In this document: positions 30,051 through 39,567 of the stretch, piece by piece
Numbering within the stretch: the first letter of the stretch is position 1
Layout of the letters: the number at the start of each line of letters is the position of its first letter
Source: Clostridia bacterium
Lineage (GTDB): Bacteria; Bacillota; Clostridia; TANB77; CAG-508
NCBI GenBank assembly: GCA_017510245.1
Contig: JAFWNQ010000013.1
Location: 3,361 to 67,360 of the forward strand
DNA length: 64,000 nucleotides
Direction of reading: 5' to 3'
Translations under genes and position numbers: made by a program
The notes under the pieces: model-generated
Told to the model about the DNA's origin: nothing
Seen by the model: the letters and a program-made list of their open reading frames with translations, nothing else
Database searches by the model: none

Positions 30051-30594
30051 AGCATTATATAAAAAAATTGCTTTCTTTATTATATCTATATTGCTAATCA
30101 TAACTACAATTAGATTTACCCTGTCCAGATACAGATCAAGAGGACATTCAGATGCAAATGTAGATTTGGCTTTTTACTTATTTAAAGAAGAAAGTATATC
30201 TCAAGAACTAAAACTGGAAAGCATTCTGCCTAGGGAGTTGCCCTATGTATATGACTTATATGTAGCAAATCACGATGATACAGATAGAACAGAAACATCA
30301 ATTCAGTATACAATACAAATAATGACAACAACTAATTTACCATTAAATTTTAGTGTCTATAAGGATGATAACACTGAAGAAGACCTTGTAACAGGTATAG
30401 AAACAAGAACAGATACTGATGGAACATATTATAAATTCATAGATGTTCAAGGAGGAAGCTTTGGATTCAGAAACGATGAAGAAGCTACATATAAACTTCA
30501 TGTAACATTTCCTAAAATATATAATCAGTCAGAATATGAAGGCATAGTAGAATATGTTAAAATTACGATAAAATCTAATCAAAAGTTAGAATAA
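30019..30594 (+). CDS. Secreted protein with variant SipW-cognate-like signal (TLSRYRS)
   Basis: Basic N-terminus, TM, then FTLSRYRSRG. Overlaps the sipW 3' end by 32 nt in another frame. Confidence 0.5.
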   Translation: MGRARRREKARALYKKIAFFIISILLIITTIRFTLSRYRSRGHSDANVDLAFYLFKEESISQELKLESILPRELPYVYDLYVANHDDTDRTETSIQYTIQIMTTTNLPLNFSVYKDDNTEEDLVTGIETRTDTDGTYYKFIDVQGGSFGFRNDEEATYKLHVTFPKIYNQSEYEGIVEYVKITIKSNQKLE

Positions 30595-30609
30595 TAAAAA
30601 GGAAGAGAA

Positions 30610-31494
30610 GTGGATAAAAATATTTCAAATAAAAAGAAGAAAAGAAAATCAAGAAGAAGACATAAACAACCTAATTTTATATTGATACTAATAGTATTTG
30701 TTATAGCTATATTTCTTATGCCTAAATTTATATCAACAGCGAAGTATATTTATAATGTAGTACATGAACATTATTTATCTTCAAAAGACTTTTTCTTCAC
30801 AAGTGATAAATTGAGTATAAATCACACAGAATATGAAATAACAAATAACTGGTCTGGAGCAGAAACCTATGTAATTACTGTTAACATGAGTAGTAAAGAA
30901 AATGATATGGCATATACAGAATCTGATATTAAGTATCAGATTTCATATACTTGCTCAGATAATATTAGTTGCACTTTAAATAAAAATGAAGGAACTATAG
31001 TAGGAACTGATAATAATGGGGTTAATGAAGACTACTTTACTGCTAGTATAAATCCTGCTGGAGGAACTGCACTAGCTGAAGGTGAAGTTGCATGGATTGA
31101 ATTAACTGCTACATCTACAGAGCCATATACTCAAACGTTGACTGGAAAACTTATACTTGAAGTTGGTTCAGCAGAAATAACCTATGAAATAATTGATTCT
31201 GAAAATCAACCATATTTAACAGTTAATATAACAAATTCACAGAGTGTTGGAACAGATGTAACATTATCTTATAGTCCTAATACACTATTGTTAGATATGA
31301 CAAGTAGATTTAGACTAAATTCTAATAATCACGGAGATGAAACAATAAACGGTTATAGCTATTATAATAGCATAACATCATATGTAGAATCATTGAGCAC
31401 AACTTCAGTTAAGTTTTACAAAAAAGATCCAACACAAAACTATTCATATACTAACGGATCTAGTGGTACACCAGTAATAACATTAACGCATTAG
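30610..31494 (+). CDS. TasA-like secreted protein (signal ...FISTAKYIYNV)
   Basis: Poly-basic N-terminus, TM, and a SipW-cognate-like motif. Thr/Ser-rich beta-rich body. Confidence 0.55.
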   Translation: MDKNISNKKKKRKSRRRHKQPNFILILIVFVIAIFLMPKFISTAKYIYNVVHEHYLSSKDFFFTSDKLSINHTEYEITNNWSGAETYVITVNMSSKENDMAYTESDIKYQISYTCSDNISCTLNKNEGTIVGTDNNGVNEDYFTASINPAGGTALAEGEVAWIELTATSTEPYTQTLTGKLILEVGSAEITYEIIDSENQPYLTVNITNSQSVGTDVTLSYSPNTLLLDMTSRFRLNSNNHGDETINGYSYYNSITSYVESLSTTSVKFYKKDPTQNYSYTNGSSGTPVITLTH

Positions 31495-31506
31495 TATGGA
31501 GGTCGT

Positions 31507-32514
31507 ATGACAACAAATTTAATGGAACAATATTTAAATATTACAAAACTCTTTATTAAGGAGTTTACAAAGCTTTTCCTAGAAGAAGAATATAAAGAAG
31601 ATATTTCGAAAGAATTTATATCAGCATATATAGATTCTAGAATATATAATTATAGTGGAAATAATGAAAAGTTTTTTTATAAAAGAATTTACCAGAACTT
31701 AATAAACATTAAAAATGAACTAATTGGTAAACTTGATAAGAATTTAGAAAAAGCTATAGAAGATAATCTAAGAATTTATCAATTTGTATTCTACATTGAT
31801 GGAGTTAGACCAATTGGTGATTTAAATGAGTTTGTAAAACTAATATGTGAAAAGAGAAAAGAAATAATAGATAAAAATGAAACAAAAGATACAAACTTAT
31901 CATTTAATAGATTGATAAAGAAATATAATGAAGATAAAGAAAAGTTTTTTAAGAATTATGAAACTACAGATTTTTCTCTTGAAATAGAAAAATACATTTT
32001 AGTTGATGATACATATAAAGCAAAGCTTAAATACAATTTTAGAATTCCATATATATATAGTCAAAAAGTAATAGATGAAGTGTACAATAGTGGAACAGTT
32101 AATGAGGACAAATTGATTATAGAATATACTTTACTAACTCTAAACTGTATAAAAGAGATTAATAATGGAAATTTTACTACAAAGTATTTAGTCGAATTTG
32201 CAAATACTCTTTTTGACAAAAGTAACAAAATAAAACAATCGCTTAGAGTTCTTAATAATCAAGCAATACAGGAAAAAATAATTCTAAAAGTTAATTATGC
32301 TGATTATGAAGAAAATAAGGAACTTTTCTATGAGTTAATAAAGGAAGGATTTAAATTTGCAATTATAATTGATAATTCATTTAAAGCAGATATGATAAAT
32401 CTAAAAAAACTAAACATGTTTGACTATTTATTAGTGCCAGAAAAAAGTGAAAACTACTATGACATAAAGTATTATGAGAATAACATTACAAATATTGTAA
32501 TATATGATGTATGA
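31507..32514 (+). CDS. Cytoplasmic hypothetical protein of the cluster
   Basis: 335 aa, no TM, Lys/Glu/Tyr-rich. Confidence 0.45.
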   Translation: MTTNLMEQYLNITKLFIKEFTKLFLEEEYKEDISKEFISAYIDSRIYNYSGNNEKFFYKRIYQNLINIKNELIGKLDKNLEKAIEDNLRIYQFVFYIDGVRPIGDLNEFVKLICEKRKEIIDKNETKDTNLSFNRLIKKYNEDKEKFFKNYETTDFSLEIEKYILVDDTYKAKLKYNFRIPYIYSQKVIDEVYNSGTVNEDKLIIEYTLLTLNCIKEINNGNFTTKYLVEFANTLFDKSNKIKQSLRVLNNQAIQEKIILKVNYADYEENKELFYELIKEGFKFAIIIDNSFKADMINLKKLNMFDYLLVPEKSENYYDIKYYENNITNIVIYDV

Positions 32515-32529
32515 TAAAGAGGTGTATAT

Positions 32530-34065
32530 ATGGATACATTTTTGAGATTTTTATATGAACTAATAAACCAAATAGTATCAGGGATATTCTCGATTTTTAA
32601 AGGATTCATTGAAGGATTTAAACAAATTTTTAATTTTACTGCATTCTACAATTTAGTAACACACTATAAAAATGACTTTTCAGGTCCAGAATGGTTATTA
32701 GTAGCTATAACAGTGTTATTTATGATAGTGTTATATGGAGGAACTCTATTCCTAATTGTATTTGGAATAAAAAAACTAATAAAGAGAATTAAACCTATAA
32801 ACAAAGGCGAATTATTAAATGAAGTAGATGAGCTAAACAAAAAAGTAATAAAACTATCTAAAGAAAAAGACGAGATATTAGCAATGAAAGTTTCCCAACT
32901 TGGATTAAAACCAGATCAGCCATTAGAAGGTGATGAAACTGTAGAAGGCGAGGCACAAGAAGGTGAAGAAGCAGTTGGAGAAAATGGAATAAGATTTTCT
33001 AAATTAAATCTAATAGATATGGAGTATGCTGACTACAAAATAAAGAACTATGGAAATTCTTTTGACTTACCAGAGCTATGTGATAATTTTAGAAATTTTG
33101 CAGCATCTAAATTAAAACTATTTTATAAAGAAAGACTTATTAGAACATTTGTGGCAGGTCTAGCATCAACAAGACTAGTTATTCTACAAGGTATCTCAGG
33201 TACTGGTAAAACATCTCTTGCTTATGCTTGGGGAAAGTTTATGAAACAAGATTCTTGCGTAGCATCAGTTCAACCATCTTGGAGAGATAGAACTGACTTG
33301 TTTGGATATTTTAATGAATTTACAAAGAAATTTAATGAAACAGAATTGTTAAAAGAGATGTATATAGCCGACTATACTGATGATGTTTATACAGTAATAC
33401 TAGACGAGATGAACTTATCACGTGTTGAGTATTATTTTGCTGAAATGCTATCAATACTTGAAATGCCAGACAAGAAAGAATGGATAATTGAAATTGTTCC
33501 AAACACATGGGCAAGTGATCCAAAGAAATTAATACAAGGAAAAATACAAGTACCACCGAATATGTGGTATATTGGAACAATTAATAATGATGATTCAACA
33601 TTTGCTGTAACAGATAAGGTGTATGATAGAGCAATGCCTATAGATATTAATGAAAAGGGAGAACCTTTCACACCAGATGATATTGATGCACAGAATATTA
33701 ACTATTCATATTTAGATAAACTGTTTACTGAAGCAATGGAAAATTTTGAAATATCTCAAGAAACACTAGATAAGATAGAAAAAATGGATGACTTTGTTAT
33801 CAAGCACTTCAGAATTGCTTTTGGTAACCGTATTGTTGCACATATGAAAAAGTTTGTTCCAGTATATGTAGCATGTGGTGGAACAGAAGTAGAAGGGGTA
33901 GATTACTTTATAGCTAAAAAGATTCTAAGAAAATTTGAACAATTAAATATGGCATTAATTAGAGATGAAATTGATGGATACATAAAGTTTTTAGATGATA
34001 CATTTGGAAAGGGAGCAATGGCAGAATGCATTGAATACTTATTAAGACTTAAGAAGATGGCATAG
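32530..34065 (+). CDS. Membrane-anchored McrB-like AAA+ (AAA_5) NTPase
   Basis: TM helix at residues ~55-80, a coiled coil, an acidic linker, then Walker A ILQGISGTGKTS and a McrB-type Walker B/sensor TVILDEMNLSRVEYYFAEMLSILE. Confidence 0.65.
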   Translation: MDTFLRFLYELINQIVSGIFSIFKGFIEGFKQIFNFTAFYNLVTHYKNDFSGPEWLLVAITVLFMIVLYGGTLFLIVFGIKKLIKRIKPINKGELLNEVDELNKKVIKLSKEKDEILAMKVSQLGLKPDQPLEGDETVEGEAQEGEEAVGENGIRFSKLNLIDMEYADYKIKNYGNSFDLPELCDNFRNFAASKLKLFYKERLIRTFVAGLASTRLVILQGISGTGKTSLAYAWGKFMKQDSCVASVQPSWRDRTDLFGYFNEFTKKFNETELLKEMYIADYTDDVYTVILDEMNLSRVEYYFAEMLSILEMPDKKEWIIEIVPNTWASDPKKLIQGKIQVPPNMWYIGTINNDDSTFAVTDKVYDRAMPIDINEKGEPFTPDDIDAQNINYSYLDKLFTEAMENFEISQETLDKIEKMDDFVIKHFRIAFGNRIVAHMKKFVPVYVACGGTEVEGVDYFIAKKILRKFEQLNMALIRDEIDGYIKFLDDTFGKGAMAECIEYLLRLKKMA

Positions 34066-34077
34066 GAGGAGCATTTA

Positions 34078-35160
34078 ATGAGAGAACTTGAAGTTACGAA
34101 TTTATATGATAGTATTGATGAACAAAGACTGGAAGATTTCAATAGCAAATTGGATTCTAGCATGAGGGTTAAAACTGATTACTTTAAGGATGATAATGAT
34201 TTTGAATGGGTAGATAAATTTGAACAATTATTACCTTATATAGAAAAGATACTTAGAAATCCAAAAAGATTTATTACAACAGAAGAAGAAATTGTAAAAA
34301 TTGAATCAGCAAAGAAAGTTGGAGTTGAAACAGTAAAACATCTTGCAAAGCATACTAATTATATACAAGATATTGATGAAGAATCAGGAGATGTAATACC
34401 ATCAAAACTATTGAATGTATTAAAAGAAGAAACATTTAATACATATGAAAATAGATTTATTTATACATTAATTCAAAGAGTTAGAGACTTTATAAAAAAA
34501 CGTAAAGATAATATAAAAAGTAATCCACGACTTAAGGATAATAAAAAGGTTGAGTATACAAGTTCAACAATGGTTGGAGAAGAAAAAATTAATGTTAATA
34601 TTCAATTAAATACTGACCTTGACACTAAAACTGAGGTAGATAAAAGAATACTAGAAAGAATCAAAAAGATAGAAGACAATGTTAAAGACATGCAATATAC
34701 TGAAGTTTATAAAGAATTAGAAAAAGAAGGAGTGCCACTTGTTACTCCACCAATAAAGAAAACTAATGTAATATTGAAAAATGTTAATTTCCAATATGCT
34801 ATGACATTATGGGATTACGTTAATGAAAATATTAGTAAAAAGGATAATCCAGTAAAAAAGAATAAAGATTATATGGAAAAAGGATCAATAAAAGGTTTGA
34901 TTGATGAGACTTTTTTACTTGAGTATTTAACAGTAAATAATATTAATAAGGATGAAGAATTTATTAAAGATGCAAAGGAAAAAACCTTAAGTAGAATGTT
35001 AGATAAAATTATTGACTTGAATCCTGAATTAACAAAAAAGGAATTACAAGAAAAACTAGGTTTAGAATTTGATAAAGCAATAGAAAGAAGAATTGCTACA
35101 AAGAATGACATAGAAAAAATATTCAGAAAATATTTAAACAGATATCTTGAAAAAGTATAA
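34078..35160 (+). CDS. Partner protein of the McrB-like NTPase (possible McrC-like/DUF2357-like; unverified)
   Basis: Starts 13 nt after the AAA+ gene. 360 aa, charged, no TM. No clear PD-(D/E)xK motif seen. Confidence 0.4.
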   Translation: MRELEVTNLYDSIDEQRLEDFNSKLDSSMRVKTDYFKDDNDFEWVDKFEQLLPYIEKILRNPKRFITTEEEIVKIESAKKVGVETVKHLAKHTNYIQDIDEESGDVIPSKLLNVLKEETFNTYENRFIYTLIQRVRDFIKKRKDNIKSNPRLKDNKKVEYTSSTMVGEEKINVNIQLNTDLDTKTEVDKRILERIKKIEDNVKDMQYTEVYKELEKEGVPLVTPPIKKTNVILKNVNFQYAMTLWDYVNENISKKDNPVKKNKDYMEKGSIKGLIDETFLLEYLTVNNINKDEEFIKDAKEKTLSRMLDKIIDLNPELTKKELQEKLGLEFDKAIERRIATKNDIEKIFRKYLNRYLEKV

Positions 35161-35172
35161 TATGGAGAAAAT

Positions 35173-35829
35173 ATGATGATAAAAATAATAAAGGGAATTT
35201 GGGCAGTAATTAGAGCAATATTGTCTGTACTATTAGTAATACTATTGGCAATAGTTCTTACGCAAAGATTAACAAATAACAAAAATGCTGTTTTAGGATT
35301 TAGAATTTTTACTGTTGTTACAGAAAGTATGGTTCCACAGTTTGAAGTAGGAGATGCTATTTTTACTAAACAAATTCAACCTTCTGAAATAAAAGTAGGA
35401 GATGATGTTACTTATATAGGTACAGAGGGAAGCTTTAAAGATAAAATAGTAACTCACAAAGTTATTAAAGCAGAGAAGAATGAGGAAGGTAAATACATAT
35501 TTGTAACTAAAGGAATTGCAAATGAAAAGGAAGATCCTGAAATAAATGAAACACAGATTTATGGAAAAGTATTATATAAAATAAGAAGCATTTCGTATAT
35601 TAATAGAGTAATTGGTAATCTATATGGAATGTACTTTGCAATATTTATCCCATTAGGAATAATAATGTTTATAGAGTATGCTGGTTATAAAAAGGACTTA
35701 AAAGATGAGCTTGAAGAAGAAAATGAAGAGGACGAAGAATTAGAAGAAAATAAGATAGATAAGCATAAAGAGAGAAGAATGGAAAGACGAAAAAAAAGGA
35801 GAGAAAAAAGGAGTAATAAAGAAAAGTAA
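35173..35829 (+). CDS. sipW: Signal peptidase I, SipW type (second copy)
   Basis: VVTESMVPQF Ser box, IVTHKVI His box, C-terminal TM and a KRREKRS tail. Confidence 0.75.
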   Translation: MMIKIIKGIWAVIRAILSVLLVILLAIVLTQRLTNNKNAVLGFRIFTVVTESMVPQFEVGDAIFTKQIQPSEIKVGDDVTYIGTEGSFKDKIVTHKVIKAEKNEEGKYIFVTKGIANEKEDPEINETQIYGKVLYKIRSISYINRVIGNLYGMYFAIFIPLGIIMFIEYAGYKKDLKDELEEENEEDEELEENKIDKHKERRMERRKKRREKRSNKEK

Positions 35830-35873
35830 TAATACTTGTATGAATCACTAAAGAAAGGAGGCATGGGTATTAA

Positions 35874-36530
35874 ATGAATAAAAAAAGAAAAGAAAAGCTT
35901 TCAAGAAGACAAAGAAGAATAAAAAAAAGAGTTACATTTAGAACTTTATTTTTACTAGCTATAACCCTAATTTTTAATACCTATGCATGGTTCCTATATA
36001 TAACTACTGTTTCTTCTAGCATTACTGCCCATGTTGAAGCGTGGCATGTTGAATTCAAAGTTGATGATGATGTGGTTGAGAAAGAATTACCTATTGTTGT
36101 TGAACACGCATATCCTGGAATGCAAGACGTTGAAAAAACAATAGATATAATAAATGGAGGAGAAAGAAGTGCTGATATTCAGTACATAATAAAACATGTA
36201 AGAATCTTTGATACATTGTATGTGGCTACTGACCAGCTTGAATCTGGCGAATCAGTTCCAGCAGGTGCGGAAACTTCTACTTCCAGCGGACTTATTTCAA
36301 AGATACAGAATGATTATCCTTTTTCTATTACAATATCGACAAGTGACGGCACAATTGCTGCATCAGAGCAGGGAAGCCTTACTGTTACGTTTACGTGGCA
36401 ATATGAATCAGGTGATGATGCTACTGATACTGATTATGGAACAGAGGCGTATACTTATTATCAAGACAATCCTGGAAGTGATGCAATAGAAATATTACTA
36501 AAACTAACAGTAACACAACATGAAGACTAG
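35874..36530 (+). CDS. TasA-like secreted protein (signal ...NTYAWFLY)
   Basis: RRQRRIKKR then TM, then TYAWF. Asp/Thr-rich C-terminus. Confidence 0.6.
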   Translation: MNKKRKEKLSRRQRRIKKRVTFRTLFLLAITLIFNTYAWFLYITTVSSSITAHVEAWHVEFKVDDDVVEKELPIVVEHAYPGMQDVEKTIDIINGGERSADIQYIIKHVRIFDTLYVATDQLESGESVPAGAETSTSSGLISKIQNDYPFSITISTSDGTIAASEQGSLTVTFTWQYESGDDATDTDYGTEAYTYYQDNPGSDAIEILLKLTVTQHED

Positions 36531-36654
36531 TATAAAGGTTTTTGTAAAAAGAAATAACATATTAACAAATGATTATACTTATATAAAAACGTAAAAAAAG
36601 AAATGTGAAGAGGACTTAATAAAAAGTTCATTACACATTTCTTTTTTTACGTTT

Positions 36655-37266
36655 TTATGCTGTTAACTGCTCAAAAACAATATTTGCTTCTATTACTGCC
36701 TTGCCATTACTAATGGCAATTGCTGTATCTTCAATGTCATTAAGTGTTTCTGTATCGTGGTCATCATTCCAAGTGACATAAACTCTAATTGTTGAAGAAT
36801 TAACTGAACTTGCTGAACTACCAACTATACTGGTTTGATCTGAAGTTAAGTAGGTGATGTTTTCTTGAAGTCCTGGATAAGAGTATCCTGCAACTTTTAC
36901 ATCTGAAATATCATTTACACTAGTGCCAGAAACAGTAATCGTATATTTAAAAGCTAATGAAATATTAGATGAATCAATTACTAAATCAAAATATCCCATA
37001 GCACTTGGAACTATATAGTCTGGATCATAGTAATCATTTTCTGAAAATATTAAGTTTAGAGTTTGACTAAAATCAGAATTCTGAATAATATCCTGATTAT
37101 TTAATAGAATTTTCCAACCGTCAATTGCAAAATTAGCATTTGAATCAATTGACGATAAATATTTTGCATAAGTAGACCTAATTATTAATAATGAAATAAT
37201 TAACCAAACAAATGCAAAAAATAGTATTATTTTTTTCTTCATAAGAGTACTTTTCCTTTCTAACAA
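36655..37266 (-). CDS. TasA/camelysin-like secreted protein (signal ...RSTYAKYLSS), opposite strand
   Basis: MKKKIILFFAFVWLIISLLIIRSTYAKYLSSIDSNANF. Confidence 0.65.
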   Translation of the reverse strand: MLERKSTLMKKKIILFFAFVWLIISLLIIRSTYAKYLSSIDSNANFAIDGWKILLNNQDIIQNSDFSQTLNLIFSENDYYDPDYIVPSAMGYFDLVIDSSNISLAFKYTITVSGTSVNDISDVKVAGYSYPGLQENITYLTSDQTSIVGSSASSVNSSTIRVYVTWNDDHDTETLNDIEDTAIAISNGKAVIEANIVFEQLTA

Positions 37267-37486
37267 TGCTGAGTAGCATACAAAAGTATTAATAATCTAA
37301 CTAATTTATATTATAACATATTTAGACAAAATAAAAAGAAATATTACAGAAATGTTAAAAATATGTAAAAATAATGCAAAGAAAATGTAAAAACTTTGTA
37401 ATTGTATTACTCAATACAATATGCTATACTTTGTATAAATCAATATTGTATATATTGTTTATTCACAAAAAAAGTTGGTGTTACAC

Positions 37487-38263
37487 ATGCAAGAAAATCA
37501 AGAAAACCATAGTGTTGACAATCTAAAGAAAGACAATGTCGAAAAAGGAAAAAAAATATCTGAGAAAAGAGAAACAAGGAAGAAAGCAAAAAAAATATCA
37601 GATATAGGAGAAAGAACAAAAAAACTGAAGAATATCCTTATAATAATGCTACTATTCTTATTAATACTTTACTTTGTTTTAAGAATAGCTTATGAAACAG
37701 GAAGGTTTACAGTAGTTCTTGATTCTTCATCAGATATGAAAGGCGCTTTGGTAATGTATGCAAACAAAAACGAAAAACTAACTAGAAGAACATTACAAGC
37801 AGATGTTTTAGATTTTATGACTAACATTTCAGGGGATTGGATACCAGAAAACATTAATGATGAGGCAGATGGTGGACACAATGGGGAAAACTATATTGCA
37901 TATACATTCTATATTGAAAATATGGCTGACGAAACAATTCATTATTGGTATAGAATTTATATTGATGATATAGTAAGAAATGTTGATAAAGCAATTAGAG
38001 TAGCAGTTTACTTGAATGGTGAAAAAACAGTATATGCAAAAGCAAACAGTAGAACATCCGAACCTGAAAAAGATACAGTAGCATTTAAAGATGAAGAAAA
38101 TGTTATGTTGGTTCAAAGGAGAGATTTTAAATCTAAGGATGTAGACAAATTTACTGTTGTAATATGGGTTGAAGGTGATGATCCTGATTGCATAGATGAC
38201 CTGATCGGTGGAGAAATGAAAATGCACATGACCATAACTGAAGAACATATTAAACAAGAATAA
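37487..38263 (+). CDS. Secreted protein with variant SipW-cognate-like signal and a conserved C-terminal IWVEGDDPDCID motif
   Basis: N-terminal KK-rich region, then TM, then RIAYETGRFT. The C-terminus is homologous to that of 38287..39288. Confidence 0.55.
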   Translation: MQENQENHSVDNLKKDNVEKGKKISEKRETRKKAKKISDIGERTKKLKNILIIMLLFLLILYFVLRIAYETGRFTVVLDSSSDMKGALVMYANKNEKLTRRTLQADVLDFMTNISGDWIPENINDEADGGHNGENYIAYTFYIENMADETIHYWYRIYIDDIVRNVDKAIRVAVYLNGEKTVYAKANSRTSEPEKDTVAFKDEENVMLVQRRDFKSKDVDKFTVVIWVEGDDPDCIDDLIGGEMKMHMTITEEHIKQE

Positions 38264-38286
38264 ACTTAAGGAAAAAGGAGAAAAAA

Positions 38287-39288
38287 ATGGGAAGAAGAAG
38301 TAGAAAAAGTAAGAGAAGATTAAATTCTATGTTTTTAGCAGTATTGCTATCAGCAGTTATGCTAATAGTAACAACATATGCATGGTTTTCTTCAAACAGA
38401 ACAGTTTCAATTGAAGGAATTACAGCAAAAGTTGCAGCAGCAAATGGCCTACAAATATCGTTGGATGGTGCAAACTGGGGCTCAAGTGTTACAGTAAATA
38501 CAACTACACTTGCAGCAGCAGATGACTATAATGACTATGTATTTCCAAATGAATTACATCCAGTATCAACAACAGGGACAACGCTTGATTCAGGAGATGT
38601 TAGTTTCTTTGCTGGATTAGTTAGCTCAGATGGATCAAAATTAACAAGTGCAGCACAGGCTGGTGCAGCAGATAATTTTATAGTATTCGATGTATATTTA
38701 AAAAATGCATCATCACAAACTTCAGATAATTTACAATTAGATACAAATACAGAAGTTAAATTAGGTGCTACAGAAGGAAAAGAGGGTGTAAGAGACACGG
38801 GTCTTGAGAATAGTGTTAGAACTGGATTCTTATTATATCCAACAACAGCACAATTTACAGCAGCTCAATCAGCTATAGCATCATTAGGTGGAGATAGCCC
38901 ATTAGTAGGAATTTGGGAACCTAACTACAATAAACATATTTTGGAAGTTGCAACTAATGACCCAAGAGTTGAAGAATCAACAACTAGTGATTTTAAAACT
39001 TTAGGATTATTAAATGCTGGTTCAGGAACACTAACTGGAATTGATGGAACTGATGATACAGACTTTATGGCAGAAACAAAGACAATAAGAACTGATGCTA
39101 AATTAACTGCACCTGTAAACCTTACAGCTGTAGATGAGACTGGAACTCAGTTTTCACTACCAGGAAATACAATTTCTAGAATGAGAGTATATATATGGTT
39201 AGAAGGACAAGATCCAGACTGTATAGACACAGCATCAACTGGTAAATATTTAGACTTCTTAATTAATTTAGCGAAGCCAACAGTTTAG
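38287..39288 (+). CDS. TasA-like secreted protein (signal ...TTYAWFSSN) with C-terminal IWLEGQDPDCID motif
   Basis: MGRRSRKSKRRLNSMFLAVLLSAVMLIVTTYAWFSSNRTV. Ala/Thr/Gly-rich beta body. Confidence 0.65.
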   Translation: MGRRSRKSKRRLNSMFLAVLLSAVMLIVTTYAWFSSNRTVSIEGITAKVAAANGLQISLDGANWGSSVTVNTTTLAAADDYNDYVFPNELHPVSTTGTTLDSGDVSFFAGLVSSDGSKLTSAAQAGAADNFIVFDVYLKNASSQTSDNLQLDTNTEVKLGATEGKEGVRDTGLENSVRTGFLLYPTTAQFTAAQSAIASLGGDSPLVGIWEPNYNKHILEVATNDPRVEESTTSDFKTLGLLNAGSGTLTGIDGTDDTDFMAETKTIRTDAKLTAPVNLTAVDETGTQFSLPGNTISRMRVYIWLEGQDPDCIDTASTGKYLDFLINLAKPTV

Positions 39289-39441
39289 TAAATGAATTAT
39301 ATATAAAGATAAGGAGTGGAGTGAAAGATAATATAAATAATTATAGAGTCTTTCACTTCCATTTTGAATTTTAATACAATTATGAAAATAAATATATGAT
39401 GTTTATTTTCATAATTGTGTTAGAGGAAATGAGAAAATAAG

Positions 39442-39561
39442 ATGAACGATATAAATTATAATGAATTGAATAATGAAGAACTACTTGATATGTATATAAA
39501 ACTTAAAGATTTTATTTCTTTTCTAAATGATGAGATAGAAAATAGTGAGGTGGAAAAATAG
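39442..39561 (+). CDS. Small 39-aa acidic protein preceding the coiled-coil gene (not in the ORF track)
   Basis: RBS GAGGAAATGAG, then ATG. MNDINYNELNNEELLDMYIKLKDFISFLNDEIENSEVEK. Ends 6 nt before the next gene. Confidence 0.35.
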   Translation: MNDINYNELNNEELLDMYIKLKDFISFLNDEIENSEVEK

Positions 39562-39567
39562 TATAAA

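Noticed and set aside
32530-35160. Calling the AAA+ pair a classical McrBC restriction system
   Set aside because: The McrB-like protein has a TM anchor, the partner lacks a visible PD-(D/E)xK motif, and the pair sits inside a same-strand secretion operon. The defence assignment is left as an alternative hypothesis only.
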